Assembly: GCA_964187785.1 (NCBI GenBank) | Contig: OZ076409.1 | Coordinates: forward strand, 8,868,001 to 8,932,000 | Source of the DNA: Amphiscolops sp. MND2022 | Taxonomy: Eukaryota | DNA length: 64,000 nt | Reading direction: 5' to 3' | In this document: positions 1 through 14,165 of the stretch, piece by piece | Layout of the letters: each line of letters starts with the position of its first letter | Numbering within the stretch: the stretch's first letter is position 1 | Notes under the pieces: generated by a model | Told to the model about the DNA's origin: nothing | Databases searched by the model: none | What the model saw: the letters and a program-made list of their open reading frames with translations, nothing else | Made by a program: the position numbers and the translations under genes

Positions 1-2746
1 ATCGCTCTAACGACAGACTCGAGCTTGGCTGCTACTGGGTATGCAGTTCTCATCGAACACGATCCTAACCAGAAATTTACCTCACTTCGGAATTCGTACG
101 TACCGGTAGCCTATGGTTCAACACCTTCACCCCAACCCAGATAGAGATGTCTCTTTATGCAAAAGAATTTCTTGCTATTTGCTTCGCATTGAAAGAACTT
201 GGGCATATTATCTGGGGAGTCCAACAATAAAGCCGTGACTCAATTTTTCCAAGCGAAAATCGTACCCCCAGCTCTGTGAAATGCTTGTGACTACGTCATA
301 CAGTTTAACTTTGTCATAGCGCACATACATCCCAAGTGCACAAAACACGACAGTGGAATCAATTTCGGGTCAAGTTCTAGTCGGGATAAGTAAGTTACTT
401 ATCCCGACTAGAACTTGACCCGAAGGACAAACTAGTTATGAAAATCCGCGAGGACGTACAAACCCTACCAATGAAGATCAATGTCCAAAAAGCAGGAGTC
501 TCACAGGAAGAACAAATCTTATACACGAATGATGACTATGAGACGGAAGAGCAATTCTGGGCGAGAAAAGAAGCAATTCGACGGAATCCCGCCATAAAAG
601 AAACAACCATTATAATTCAAACTGTTTATAATCTACGAACTTGATCAGGCAACAACCTGATTCACAAGTCCGACTACGCAAGACGAATCAAATAACCATC
701 GTGCAATCCAAAGTTGCAGCATTACAGCAATTGAAGGCAAACACCTTCATGAGAAATACTCAGAAAGCATACTGCAACAGGATGCCTGATATAGACATTA
801 TGCAAACAACTTGGAACGAATTGTAGTCAAGAAAGATTTCCTGACAAAGCAATATTTTAATAAAACAGGGAACGTCAAATACCATCTTCTCCCGCAACAC
901 CTACTTCAGGAACAGCTTCAGTCCCTTCATGGGATGGCACCCTGGCATATCAAAGATGTTACAGGAGATCAGAGAGAGGTATTACTGCCCTAAAATGGCA
1001 AAACACGCTAAATAGTGGGTAGAAGGTTACGAACAATGCGCAAAGGACAAAAGCGTTCCCAACGCAACGATCAGCCTGAACTACGGAATGGGACCTTGGA
1101 CCCGAAAACGCTTTTCAGATTGACTTGACAAGTGGAGGATATGAAAATGTTCTAACTGCAATTGGTGTCTTCTCTCGATATCTGTTCGCTTATCCTCTTA
1201 CCGACGCTTAAGCAATCAATGTAGCGAAAGTTATCATTTTAAATATGACCAATAATGCGTAACTAACAACGACGCTCATTACTGATAAAAAAACTACATT
1301 GACTTCCACAATTATTGCTGAGATCACGCAAATTTTGGGAATTACACTCAAATGTGCAACAACAAAACACCCGCAAACGATTGGGAAATTGGAGCGAACT
1401 CATGCTTCAATCAAAACGAATCTCAAAATGGAATGTGTGGAATATCGCCGGCAATGGCACAAATATTTGCCATTAGCAGTTCTGAATAAAATACAAGCTA
1501 TCACGCCAGTATCGGTTGTGAACCAACAAGAGTATTCCATTGATGAGTTCCATACCATACCTTGGATCACAAGCTTGGAAATAATCCAAACAAACAAATC
1601 ACTCCGGCGACCGAATTTGTTGAAGAAATCCAGAATCGGAAAAAACTCCTAACTGACAAAACGAAGCAAAATATAATGCAGTCATACATAAAATACAAGG
1701 AGTTTTATGACCGCAAAGCAAAAGCTGCTTCGATCAAAGAAAATGACTTCTGTTTTGTATTACAGCCGAAAACAGATCACCAAGGATCAAAAACTCCATT
1801 TAGAGATTACCGTTGGGTTGGACCATTTATAGTCCAAAAAGTACAACAAAACGAGAATCACATAGTACGCTGGCTCAATACAAATAAATCTCAAATATTG
1901 CATCGCATTCGTCTTGAAAAGTTTGTTCCCAATCATTCGCTTGAGGACCAATTCCGAAAAGAGCGCTTGCAGCCGGATGAAGAAACTGTCGTTCCGCAAG
2001 ATGTTGATATATAATAACGTGGGAAAAAACTTCGGTAAACAGCTAGCTACGCAATGCAACGAGCCAATTCCGACTAGCTTGTCGAATGGTGAACAGCCGG
2101 TTACGTCAAACGCCGATTCAAATGAGGCAGACGAGAATGAAGTCGATTACATAATAACGAACGACAGTCCGAATGACGTCAATGACGCCGCGCAACAGCG
2201 GAATGAAAGATTAAATGATGACGTCAACAAAAGAATGAAAACTCTGATTGGCCCGAATTGGCCATTTGCCCCAAAAATCAGGAAAAGCCTTTGCCGAATC
2301 TGTCAGAAAGACAGGAAAACGATGCCAATTTCTAGAAGGAAAATTTTCTTATGAAAACGATGCACATAAGTCTCCGAAAAGGGGGGATGATATTATCGTG
2401 CCAGAAGTAACCTAAACTGACGCTAGAAATGAACTCTTTGCTTTCTACATAATTGGCCCTATTGAGGCCTGGCATAAGTGGCAATTAGTTGGCCCCATTA
2501 ACTTGCTAAGACACAAAAATGCGGAAAGTAAGATTTCAACTTCAAAGGAAGCTAAGGCAGTCGACATCAAAGGGGAATGAATTGAGTGCACGCGTCTCCG
2601 TTTCCGAGATTTCGTGTCTTGATTTCCGCAAAACGCTGAGAAAAAGCTTGCAGATGCACTGTAATATCTGAACCCTAGAGGAGGAAATACAACCAACCTC
2701 AGGCCTAACCCTAACCCAAACTAATCAGAAGATTTCAGTTACTAAG
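1..2746 (+). pseudogene. pol: Gypsy pol relic (RNase H and integrase)
   Basis: Fragments such as CATTKHPQTIGKLERTHAS, YRRQWHKYLPLAVLN, YKEFYDRKAKAA, WVGPF and the terminal PRGG...NLRPNPNPN match Pol at 27652-32829. Multiple frameshifts. Confidence 0.92.
364..424. repeat. Perfect 30-bp inverted repeat with 1-nt spacer
   Basis: 364-393 TTCGGGTCAAGTTCTAGTCGGGATAAGTAA is the exact reverse complement of 395-424. Confidence 0.95.
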
Positions 2747-2985
2747 AATTGAATTATTCCCGAAAATGAGGGTTCTTTTCTTTTTATCTTTCTTTTCCCC
2801 TTCCTTCAGCCCCTTCGTGAGCATTTTTTAAAAAAACAAAGGTGCGTTTCAATAAAAATCACTTTCAAGCAAATAAATACGGGTTCAGGATGTAGGAGCA
2901 AATGGTAAAGAATAAATACAAACAGAAAAAAACGAATCAACAAAAGTTTACAGTTTGAGAATGTACATAAATATATATGTACAAT

Positions 2986-5900
2986 CTAGTCTTTTAGAAG
3001 ACCCCTGAATAAGCTTCTTAGAGGACGATGAAACGCTTGAACTGGTACTGCCCGATCTTTTCCTCTGAGTTTTAGAATGAACCCGCACAGCGGATTCATC
3101 TGAATGGACAGAGCTCCTTCTTTCTCCAAACGAACCGAACGCGTAGAAGGAACAGCTACGACTTCCTTGTACAAAGCAAGTAGACCTTTGTAAATTTTGG
3201 ATCGATCAAAAGTATCGACGTGGGCCCAAGGATCGTACTCGGCAGAGAAAGCGGACCGTTCAAAAGAAGCACTAAGGAGCAGGAACTTCTCCAAGTCGAC
3301 TTCGGTAATACAGCTGGAGACGGAGTCAGGGACACAGGAGAGATAACTCTGACAAGGCATAAGCACATTAGTGAAGCGACTGCAAAACTCAGCCGTGTCG
3401 ACGCTCCCGAACAACACCGAAGGATACTGGCGACTAGGGCTGGTTAGGCACAGACAACAAAACCTGAAGAGGTAAAGGAGATGTTCATGGGTTTGGAATA
3501 ACTCAAGTCCCATCAGAAAATCTACAAGGTCGCTGGAGGTTTCAGATAAGTTGAAGTCAGGGGAATAATTCACCCGCAAATAGTCTAATAAGGCTATATA
3601 CTCCTCACGACAGACATTTTTGTTGGCGCTGGTCACCCAGGATCGAAGCTGGAAGGTTGAATAGAGTACATCGACGTGGCGGAGGCCTACCTCTGTACGG
3701 GTCTCTTAAAGAGACTGAAGGGGTCAAAGGCCGCTAATCCTTTGACTATCTCAGAGCTTAATGCCGGCTTGGTTGAGAACTTCTTTCAACAAATATTGAA
3801 TGAAATGCAGACCGTGTTTGGCGAAGCTAGAAGTTGCCTTTGCAGCAGTTTTGTCTATGGCGGCCGTCTCATTCAGGTGTACGACCTCTGCATTCTGCTT
3901 ACTGGCCGTTGCTACCTTGTTGACAAGGCGGAGCCGGACAAGGAAGTCGTCCTCTGTCATGAATTTGCCTTAACTGACTTTGAAATCGAGCAAAAGAAAC
4001 CATGAAGTCTCAAGCGGAATCGCCTCTGGCAGGTAACATCGGGAGCACAATTTGGAGACAAAGCGGCAAACTTCACCACAAAGGAAAAATGTTGCATCTC
4101 GTGTGCCCTGAAGGTTGACGGCGAAACGGGACACGTCCAGAAACACAAAGTGGATCGTATTGAGAGAACTACTAGGGTTAACCTAGTGCAATCTTAATGC
4201 AACATTTTGAAGCCTTATGCTATCATAACACCAAACTAGGGTCTTAGTATGAAACATCCCGTATACTCACAATCAGTGATGATTCGTATAAAAAACTCCA
4301 ATTTCACAACGAAGAAGGTGTCAAAAATAAGGGACCACTCGAAACTCTGGATCTGCAACAAAAGAATGAGTAAAGATGCACTCGACACGTGCAAAACTCA
4401 TGAGTACCCTGAACCCCCAGTCAATTATCGAAGCATGAATATCAGAAGGAGCCGAACTTGATTGTGGATCCTTTGCATCCCTTGATGTGGAGTGTGAGCA
4501 GTCAAGTAATGGCGGATTGCCTTCCAACGCTTCACCAATTCACGGTACAGATTGGGCAAATTAGGCAGATCTACTTTGCAAGAGGCAATAGCCTAAACAA
4601 ATCTTTATGAACAGCCTGACGTACCTACCTTTTAATATTTTTACCTTTAAAGATAAACAAAATTAACTAACTTGAGCCAATTCAGGCGATTGCAACAACC
4701 AGTCCTCAGAGGTAGCTGCTTCCAGTGAAACCATCAGGCACTGCAAGACCGAGAAAAAATCGATTCAGCCAAACACGTTAAAAGCTGGCTTGTGCATAAT
4801 CCTTTGGAGTCGTATGTACTCAAAGCGGAAGCTACGCTGCACTGCTTGTGAGAAGAAGCCACAACGGTCAATAGTATGAATCAGGTCGACTGGACATCCG
4901 GAACAAGCGATGATATCCGCTTTAGTGGACACAACAGAGAGGAGCCTGGATAAAGACCGTAACTCTCCAGTCAGATCTGAGGAAGGAAGCCATTCCGGCA
5001 AATTAAGATTGGTCATAGCGAATCACCCTTCCAGAACTTCCAGGACATGAGCCTGTTGGTGCCATTGGTCTCATACTTGCGCGCAAAGCACTGTGTGGTA
5101 GTCATTTGCTCAGCTACGTCCTCTATAGCGCAGTTGAAGATATGTTGGAAAATGGCCTTAAAAGGGAACATAAATACGTTGAATCTATTCCACCTTTACA
5201 CAGTTCGTTGATTTCAAAACGTTATTTGTCGAGACCCTGTCATCATCCCAATCAAAGTCACAATAGCAGGATTGGTAGCTCGTCAATGACCCAACATGGG
5301 GCCACAGTTTGCGAACAGAGAGATTTCCTTGTTGCTGGATGAAATCCCCGATGAGATGGAGCTGAATTTTTGCTCGGGATTCGGGGGCCACAAGTGTGGT
5401 GAGGTGCCCTTGACAAAATCATCGTAAAAGAGGAAACGTTCCCCTATGTCGACTAACTCAGCATGTATGAAATTCGGCTCCTCCTCCGCCAGCTCTATTT
5501 TGCTCAGGATTTTACCGTTGCGTCCTCTCACCCTGTGTTGCACTTTACTAGTGATTGGATGGACCCCTTAAAATGTTCATAGCGCCGTCGTTGGTCCCTC
5601 CTGAGGTGCTTCTCTGTCCGGTGGTGTCGCAGGAGTTCAAGGGTGCCCTTTGTTTTGACAGAAATGTTTTACTTACACATATGGCACCACGCCATATGAG
5701 GATTATGCAGAGGTCCGCCGGACCAGAAATGAAGGATCAGGTCCACCGAATCTTAGAGAAGAATTCCACCTTCATGGGAACGCCTCGAGTTGGGACTCGT
5801 CGCTTCGTTTTGGGCATCTTGCAAGAAACTGACGAATGGGGCTCGTCTGGCGTCGCCTGATGCGCAACTCTGAGAGTGTAGCATCAAGACTGGATCGCCC

Positions 5901-7230
5901 AGTGGATTCAAAACCTTCAGTACATGGATCTGTCATAATTCCTTCTTGGGCTCCAGAGCTGGACATTGTCCTGGCAGTTTCTTCGAAGGCTCTAGAAATC
6001 AGGGCCATTTCACTAAGACTATCGCCCTCATTGAAGGAGTCTGAAGCTTCCCCCACTCTGCCCGCGTTTAGTTCTCCTGTCGTGTCAGATGCTGGTCCAG
6101 AGTCACTCCCCTCATGAGCGCTATCACTGGGCCCACTAAGCTGCCTTGGTCTTGGTGTTTGGGCTCTAGACCGAGTCTTGAAATGGTCAGCCTAGACCAA
6201 GAGAAGACTGGTGTTCCCTTGACAGCTCCATTTACCATCTGCTCCATGGCGGTATAGGACGTTCTCAAGGTCTCGTCGGTTAAGACCCGAAGGAGATGAT
6301 ACACCTGAGGTTCTGTGAAGCTACCGTTCGATAGCCTAAAGGGAAGGTTATAGCATCAGCATCCTCATCAAAGTACTGCTTCAAAATTGCTTCACTGCGT
6401 CCATGCCATACCCGTAAACCTGTATCTTGCGGCGCGGAAGTGGTTGGCTCTGTCTGGTGGTTCAAGCAGCTGGAAGATACCGGCAAGGCTTCTACCCCCC
6501 CTGACAGGAGGCTCACTCTCTACCGGGCTATATCCATGTAGGACTGGGCCACTGTCTTGCTCGATGTGTCCCCAGTTTACTCAGCCCCAGTGCAGTCATC
6601 GAGGGACCTCACTTTGTTTTCTCCTTGGGGAAGAGTGGGTGCATCGCAAAAGGATGAACTGTCATCAGTTTCAGTTTGCCGGAAAGAGGCCGGAGACGTT
6701 TCACTAACCTGATCTACAGCGGGTAATAGTTCAGGCAGTGCAGTTCTTGAGGAAGTGGCAACTCTGAGTCTCCAATTGAGTCAGGTTCAGCTCCACATCA
6801 GTTTCAGTTGTACCAGGTGAAGGGGTACTAGTGCGAACGCAAAGGGAGTTGTTTCAGTGCTGGTTTGGGCGAAAGACAACTTTTCTGATTCATTCTTTTG
6901 GCCTTCTTTTTCTTCTCCTTCTTCTTCTCCTTCTTCTTCTAATTCTTCAGAATCGTCCGCAATTTACCCGCTATTCTGTTGGCCTGCTAGCCTTTGCGCC
7001 TCCTCGTGGATTCGGACCCTTTCTTCGGCGTATCCTGTGCCATTTACATTACTGTCAGTACTGCTGGGTGATCTGGGTGCTCTAATGGGAGGAAAAGGTG
7101 GGAAACAAACTATTGCTGGAGCAGGGGTGGTGTTCGAACCAGAGTCTCGTATCTGTGCTCTCTCAGTATTCTGATTACTGAAGCAGAAGGAGATGAAATT
7201 AGGTGGCGTGCTTCATTAGAAAAAATCCAT
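2986..7230 (-). pseudogene. Decayed copy of the spliced antisense zinc-finger/hAT-like accessory gene
   Basis: Homologous peptides: MDFF..STPPNFISF vs MDSYSGSEPRLFISF; HRVRGRNGKILSKIELAEEEPNFIHAELVDIGERFLFYDDF vs HHVRGRDGRRLTPYELQLELPKFIEEELVDIGEKLPFYDEY; EEYIALLDYLR vs EEYLSFLDELR. Splice sites sit at equivalent positions. Confidence 0.88.
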
Positions 7231-8992
7231 TTTGCTGCATTAGAAAACTTCTAGAGGTATCTTTTGACTTGATAAAGAGGTCACAAAATATGAATTTTAA
7301 CGGAAACAGCGTTTGTGAAAAAAATTTAGCCCTGCTCAAGTTGAATTAATTCAAGTTACGAAAATCCAGACCAACCGGAATTTGAAGACACGCGAACGTT
7401 TCTTTGTTAGCGGGGCGATAGTCCTGGGAAAAGGTCTGGATAAATTGAAAATTAGCAGGGGTTGACTGCCGTTGGGAGAAGAAGATAGACTGGTCCAGAC
7501 GAGAAGGAAGGAAAGCTGCGATGAGAAATGTAGTCGATGGAGAATAAATATATGCAATCACAGATACGAATTATAAATGATAACGGTCTTAGAAGAAAAG
7601 GAGATGCAATTGAAGAATAAAAGTTCTGCCAGTACAAGGAGTCTGTCAGCGAAATGTACAAGATTTTCGTCGTTATTTACAACTTAGCTATCTAGTAGCC
7701 GATTATGGCGTTTTACACCGTTCTGTTTTGCCGTTTTGATTCATTGTCCTTATTATCTTTTGGTTAGATTTTTCACCATTTTAGATAATTTTGGATTAAT
7801 ATTTTTTGCCATTTTCATTATTTCTTTTTCATTTTATCAAAGAACGCTTCCGATTGGTTAGAACATTTTTGGAAGAAGTTAACTGACGCGTGCCGTTAAT
7901 TGCCTTCAAGCAACCCGTTAATTACCTACTTGAGACGAGTGTATTGGATATTAACAACTTAAGAACCGTTCACACCTCTTCTGATGATGTTGATGATGAG
8001 GGGTAAACACCTGAATTTCAAAGGCAGCCGACAGTCGGAGGAATTCCATTCAGAAAATTTACGCCACTTTAGGACGAATAACCGAAGTTTAGCTGTTGAT
8101 TTCAGAAATCCCGGGAAAAGGCCTGACTCGGTTTACTACAGGGAGATCAGCAGCCTCATTCTGCATAAAATTCTCGTCTAATCCGGTTGCTTCCTGAATC
8201 TTCAAACTTGCAAAAAAAGCTAATAATGCAGAGATACAGCTCGTCCAAAAGGCTCTCTGAAACAGATGACCTGGAGTCTGATCAGCCTAATGAATCAGTA
8301 CTGTACATCTCAAGCGATGAGATCAGCGCATTACAATACATATGCCGCAAAAGTGGAATTTATCATCAAGTGTAAAGTGTATTTTCTGTAAAACGAGAGC
8401 GAACCGTATTCTTGTCAAAAAGTGCATCAAGTTCATCGCGAATTGTGAAGCACAGTGTAATCAGAAATTGCGGATTGTGATCATTGAGCGTACTTAGAGA
8501 GAAAAGTGGAAACTAGTAAAGAATTTTGGTCTACGCCGTGAGTAAGAATGACTCTAAACGATTCTTCCATTCGTGTGTAGTGGAAACCAGTCAAAGTACG
8601 TAATTGTAGATAGTGTAATGCAGTCATTTACCGCATTTTGATAATTACGCGAAACGCAAAATCACACAGTGTAACGAGCAAAACACGTAACGCGTATTTG
8701 AAATAAAAACGCGTTTTTATTGGCTGTTAATCGAACAAACAAGATCTTGCTAGTTCGTGGCGGCATATGTATCGTAATGCGAAGTGTCTGATGGCTGGGA
8801 CACCGATTGTTCGACAGATACTGAACAACTAATTGAAATAATTGAAAGAGAAGTTCAAGCAAGTCCAGTATTGATCGGTGGGCGCATAATGACTGTCGAA
8901 GGCGGAGAAGAGGAGATGATTTGCAGGCCCAAGTAAAAGACTGCCCAAAAGGGATCCCACTCCCAAATAGGGCAGTAATAATTTGACGGAAA

Positions 8993-9472
8993 TTGTGTTA
9001 TGCCCCCAAGAAGGAAAACGCCCTGCAAAGAATTCAGCTATGCAGAATCATTATCCTAGTCGCCGGTTCACCAATGTCGCCACCCCCTCACGAGAGAGGC
9101 CGGTTGGTGGATGCCCCCATCAATTCAGCCAGGAATTCTAGCTTCAGAGCTAGCTGTCATATACAAAACACCAAGCCCTACCAGAACGTAAGCGAAACCT
9201 TTTATACAGGATGTATGGTTCGTGGCCGTTCAGTAGAAGTGATCAAAAGGGAAAAGGTGGACTGGTACATGCGACAATCTACCCCGCAAAACAGGCCAGA
9301 GCAGATAACGAGACTTAGAAGGAACGCGTTGGAGAACGGTCTTGACGCTGGTTGCTTTCTTTTCATAACACCCGCAGTGTCGCAGGCTGCCGCCTGTGAT
9401 GGCAGAAGAGTGTTTACTACATCAAATGACCAGGAAATAGCGCCCGGAACTCTTTTATCAATTGAAATATAA
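8993..9472 (+). pseudogene. 3' part of the ORF3 homolog in the decayed element
   Basis: GCMVRGRS...RRNALENGLDAGCFLFITPAVSQAAACDG aligns with GCVVCGKS...RRRAFEAGMKAGSFIVIPRGVSQAAACDG of 38773-39576. Confidence 0.8.
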
Positions 9473-12400
9473 ACTAGCAAATTCTCCTAATCAAACATTT
9501 TTACCTGTTATTTTATTTTTAAAACGTTGCAATTTTAATTGTTTTATTCCATTAGTGTGTTAACAGTTTTTGAATGATAGTTGTGATTCTAACGATTTAC
9601 AAATTCAAGTAAAGGCAAGTTAAAGAAACAAGCTAAACAGTAGAATGGAAACGTGCTCGAGTGCGGAAACGTCCTTTCTCGGCAGCGTTACTTGCCAGCT
9701 ACATTCTAGCCAATCACAGAGCAGTACAAATAGTATTAGTCTGAGGGGTTGTTTTAATGGGCCGAATACGGCCAATTGACTAGAAAAAAGCAGTAAATAG
9801 TAGTATTCTAGTCAAGTAACCGGTTAGAGCCAATTACTTCTGATCACGCAATTTGTGCTACTATGTTAATTGATTTGTCATGGTAATACCCGGAACGTTC
9901 CTGTTGTTTGTTTTGCTTAGAGATGCTAGCTATGGTGTATAAACCTTTAGATCAATTGCGATGAAAGCCACATTCATTTTAGACTCAGTTTTTCCCAGAA
10001 TAACATGAATCTTGAAACATGAAAACTGGTGTCGTATTTAACCGAGCATGCACTTGTTTTACGTTCGAAAATATAGTTAAAATTGTTGATACTTGTTTGT
10101 AATACCATTGTGATAGTAAAGGCATTGGAATTTGTTGATTTCAATACTTAGATGTTGTTTTCCTTAGCCCCGATCTGGTCGAATCCTTAAAAGTGCTTTG
10201 ATGGAGCTGACGCGGCTATTAAAGAGTTGTGTTAAAGGTGGTCAATCACCTTGATCATGTGCTCCTTGAGGATTTTGTTTTTTGGAAAATATGTAGTTCG
10301 AGCTGATGAAATGCAATTGGAATGCTATTTTGCTTAATCAGTACTGTAAAAATGTGACTGGACTTTTTCAGGAGTAAATTTACCCCGGTTTATCCTAAGA
10401 GGGACAAAATCCAATTTTCCTTGCTTCGACTTAGTTTGATATCTAAAACTGTTCATAGTTTAACACTCTCATTTGATTTTCAACAGTAATAATATAAATA
10501 TTCTCGCTCGGATTTTCTTCAATGCCTACCACTAGAAAACAAAAGAAGGCTAGAAAATCGAGAGGACTAGAAATGTTCTCAGATATAGAAAACTTAGACA
10601 TAATGTTAGGTGAGTTGTTAGGTAGGGATACACAGAGAGAGGAAAGTGTGAACAGCAATCTCGCTAGAAGACCTGAAAGTGCCAATAGCAACATCTTTGA
10701 AAACAAGGAAGGAAATCAATACATAAGTCCTAGAATGATCGAATCTAGTAACGATGCCGGTCTCGGCCAAATGTCTACAAGCGCTAACTCTAGTGCTGAG
10801 ATCAACAAACTGTCATTTGAATTGAACTCAATGATATCTAGGGAGATGGATGAGGTGATCAATAGTGTCCGCGTTCAGATTCAGAGGGCAATTAATGATG
10901 CTATTAGTAATCAGGTATTACCCCAAATCGAGAATACCATCATGGCCAGATCGGGACATATGACACAGAGAGGATGGAACGTTCCTCCGTTATTTTATTT
11001 AAGAAACGTTGCTATTTTAATTGTTTCATTCCATTAGTCTGTTAACAGTTGTTGAATGATATTTGTGATTCTGAAGATTTACAAACTCAAGTGAAGGCAA
11101 GTTAAAGTAACAAGCTAAGCAGTAGACTTGAAACATGTTCGAGTGCGGAAACGTCCTTTCGCGGCAGCGTTACTTGCCAGCTACCTTATAGCCAATCACA
11201 GAGCGGTACAATTAGTATTATTTGAAGTGTTGTTAGAATGGGCCGAATACGGCCAATTGACTAGATAAAAGCAGTAAAAAGTAGTATTCTAGTCAAGTAG
11301 CCGGTTAGAGCCAGTTACTTCTGATCACTCAATATGTGCTACTATGTTGATTGATTTGTCATTGTAATACCCGGAACGTTTTTTTTGTTTGTTACATTAA
11401 ATAAAGGCTACTCAGCAATGATTTGTTGCTTAGAGATGCTAGCTTTTGTGTATAAATCTTTAGCTCAAGTGCCATGAAAGCCACATTCACTTTAGACTCA
11501 GCTTCTCCCAGATTAAATTCAGAACTCTGAAACATGAAAACTGGCGTAGTATTTAACCAAGCATGCACTTGTTTTGCGTTTGAAAATGTAGTTAAAAGTG
11601 TTGATACTTATTTCTAATACCATTGTGATAGTAGAGGTACTGGAATTTGTTGATGTCAAAACTTAGATGATGTTTTCCTTACCCCCGATCAGGCCAAATT
11701 CCTAAAGGTGCTTTGATGGTGCTGACGCCGCTATTAAAGAGTTGTGTTAATGGTAGTCAACCACCTTGGTACACCTTGATAATGTGCTACTTGAGGAATA
11801 ATTTGTTGGTTGGAAAATATGTAGTTCGGGCTGATGAAATGCAATTGGAATGCTATTTTGCTTACTCAGTAATGTAAAAATGTGACTGTCATCTTCTCAG
11901 GAGTATATAAACCCCTGTTTTGCCTGAAAGTGTCACAATCCAGTTTTCCTTGCTTCGACTTAGTTTGATATCTAAAACTGTTCATAGTTTAACACTCTCA
12001 TTTAATTTTCAACAGTATAAAAACAAATATTCTCGCTCGGATTCTCTTCAAAGCCTACCACTAGAAAACAAAAGAAGGCTACAAAATCGAGAGGACTAGA
12101 AATGTTCTCAGATATAGAAAATTTAGACATAATGTTAGGTAAGGTGTTAGGTACGGAGACACAGAGAGAGAGGAAATTGTGAATAGCAATCTCGCTAGAA
12201 GACCTGAAAGTGCCAATAGCAATATCTTTGAAAACAATGAAGGAAATATTTACATAAATCCTAGAGGTATCGAATCTAGTAACGATGCCGGTCTCGGCCA
12301 AAATTCTACAAGCGCTAACTCTAGTGCTGAGATCAACAAACTGTCATGTGAATTGAACTCTAGGATTTCTAGGAAGATGGATGAGATGATGAACGGTGTC

Positions 12401-14165
12401 CGCGTTTAGATTCAGAGGGCATTTAATGATGCTATTAGTAATCAGGTATTACCCTAAATCCAGAATGCCATCAAGGCCAGATCGGGACATAAGACACAGA
12501 AAGGATGGAACGTTCCTCCGTTATTTTATTTTAGAAACGTTGCTATTTTAATTGTTTCATTCCATTAGTCTGTTAACAGTTGTTGAATGATATTTGTGAT
12601 TCTGAAGATTTACAAACTCAAGTGAAGGCAAGTTAAAGTAACAAGCTAAGCAGTAGACTTGAACATGTTCGAGTGCGGAAACGTCCTTTCGCGGCAGCGT
12701 TACTTGCCAGCTACCTTATAGCCAATCACAGAGCGGTACAATCAGTATTATTTGAAGTGTTGTTAGAATGGGCCGAATACGGCCAATTGACTAGATAAAA
12801 GCAGTAAAAAGTAGTATTCTAGTCAAGTAGCCGGTTAGAGCCAGTTACTTCTGATCACTCAATATGTGCTACTATGTTGATTGATTTGTCATTGTAATAC
12901 CCGGAACGTTTTTTTTGTTTGTTACATTAAATAAAGGCTACTCAGCAATGATTTGTTGCTTAGAGATGCTAGCTTTTGTGTATAAATCTTTAGCTCAAGT
13001 GCCATGAAAGCCACATTCACTTTAGACTCAGCTTCTCCCAGATTAAATTCAGAACTCTGAAACATGAAAACTGGCGTAGTATTTAACCAAGCATGCACTT
13101 GTTTTGCGTTTGAAAATGTAGTTAAAAGTGTTTATACTTATTTCTAATACCATTGTGATAGTAGAGGTACTGGAATTTGTTGATGTCAAAACTTAGATGA
13201 TGTTTTCCTTACCCCCGATCAGGCCAAATTCCTAAAAGTGCTTTGATGGTGCTGACGCCGCTATTAAAGAGTTGTGTTAATGGTAGTCAACCACCTTGGT
13301 ACACCTTGATAATGTGCTACTTGAGGAATAATTTGTTGGTTGGAAAATATGTAGTTCGGGCTGATGAAATGCAATTGGAATGCTATTTTGCTTACTCAGT
13401 AATGTAAAAATGTGACTGTCATCTTCTCAGGAGTATACAAACCCCTGTTTTGCCTGAAAGTGTCACAATCCAGTTTTCCTTGCTTCGACTTAGTTTGATA
13501 TCTAAAACTGTTCATAGTTTAACACTCTCATTTAATTTTCAACAGTATAAAAACAAATATTCTCGCTCGGATTCTCTTCAAAGCCTACCACTAGAAAACA
13601 AAAGAAGGCTACAAAATCGAGAGGACTAGAAATGTTCTCAGATATAGAAAATTTAGACATAATGTTAGGTAAGGTGTTAGGTACGGAGACACAGAGAGAG
13701 AGGAAAGTGTGAATAGCAATCTCGCTAGAAGACCTGAAAGTGCCAATAGCAATATCTTTGAAAACAATGAAGAAAATATTTACATAAACCCTAGAGGTAT
13801 CGAATCTAGTAACGATGCCGGTCTCGGCCAAAATTCTACAAGCGCTAACTCTAGTGCTGAGATCAACAAACTGTCATGTGAATTGAACTCCAGGAATTCT
13901 AGGAAGATGGATGAGATGATGAACGGTGTCCGCGTTTAGATTCAGAGGGCATTTAATGATGCTATTAGTAATCAGGTATTACCCTAAATCCAGAATGCCA
14001 TCAAGGCCGGATCGGGACATAAGACACAGAAAGGATGGAACGTTCCGGCCGAGGGACCGTAAACAAATGGTGAAGTTCTGCGGTATGAAAAGGCCAGAAA
14101 TAATTCGCAAAGTGAGCTTGTCCAAAATCGCCTTAATGACGGACCCATAGACAATGCTTCTGACA
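9378..14165 (+). repeat. 3' LTR of the decayed element with an internal ~1.53-kb unit in three tandem copies (~9505-10985, ~10986-12515, ~12516-14045)
   Basis: Equivalent ORFs recur 1,530 bp apart (12002/13532, 12179/13709). Copies 2 and 3 are nearly identical; copy 1 is more diverged. Confidence 0.85.
10522..11037 (+). pseudogene. gag: LTR-borne Gag N-terminus (decayed family member); broken copies near 12052 and 13582
   Basis: MPTTRKQKKARKSR...SDIENLDIMLG matches MPSTRRQKAKEKRSR...SDIENLDVMLG of the intact Gag. Confidence 0.85.

Larger units (their letters stand above)
1..14165 (+). mobile_element. Decayed, 5'-truncated Ty3/Gypsy element related to the intact 25003-40983 element (pol 3' half, antisense gene, ORF3, expanded 3' LTR)
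   Basis: Same part order as the intact element, with clear peptide homology but many frameshifts and stops. The LTR begins TGTCGCAGGCTGCCGCCTGTGA at 9378 and ends ...CTTCTGACA at 14165. Confidence 0.9.
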
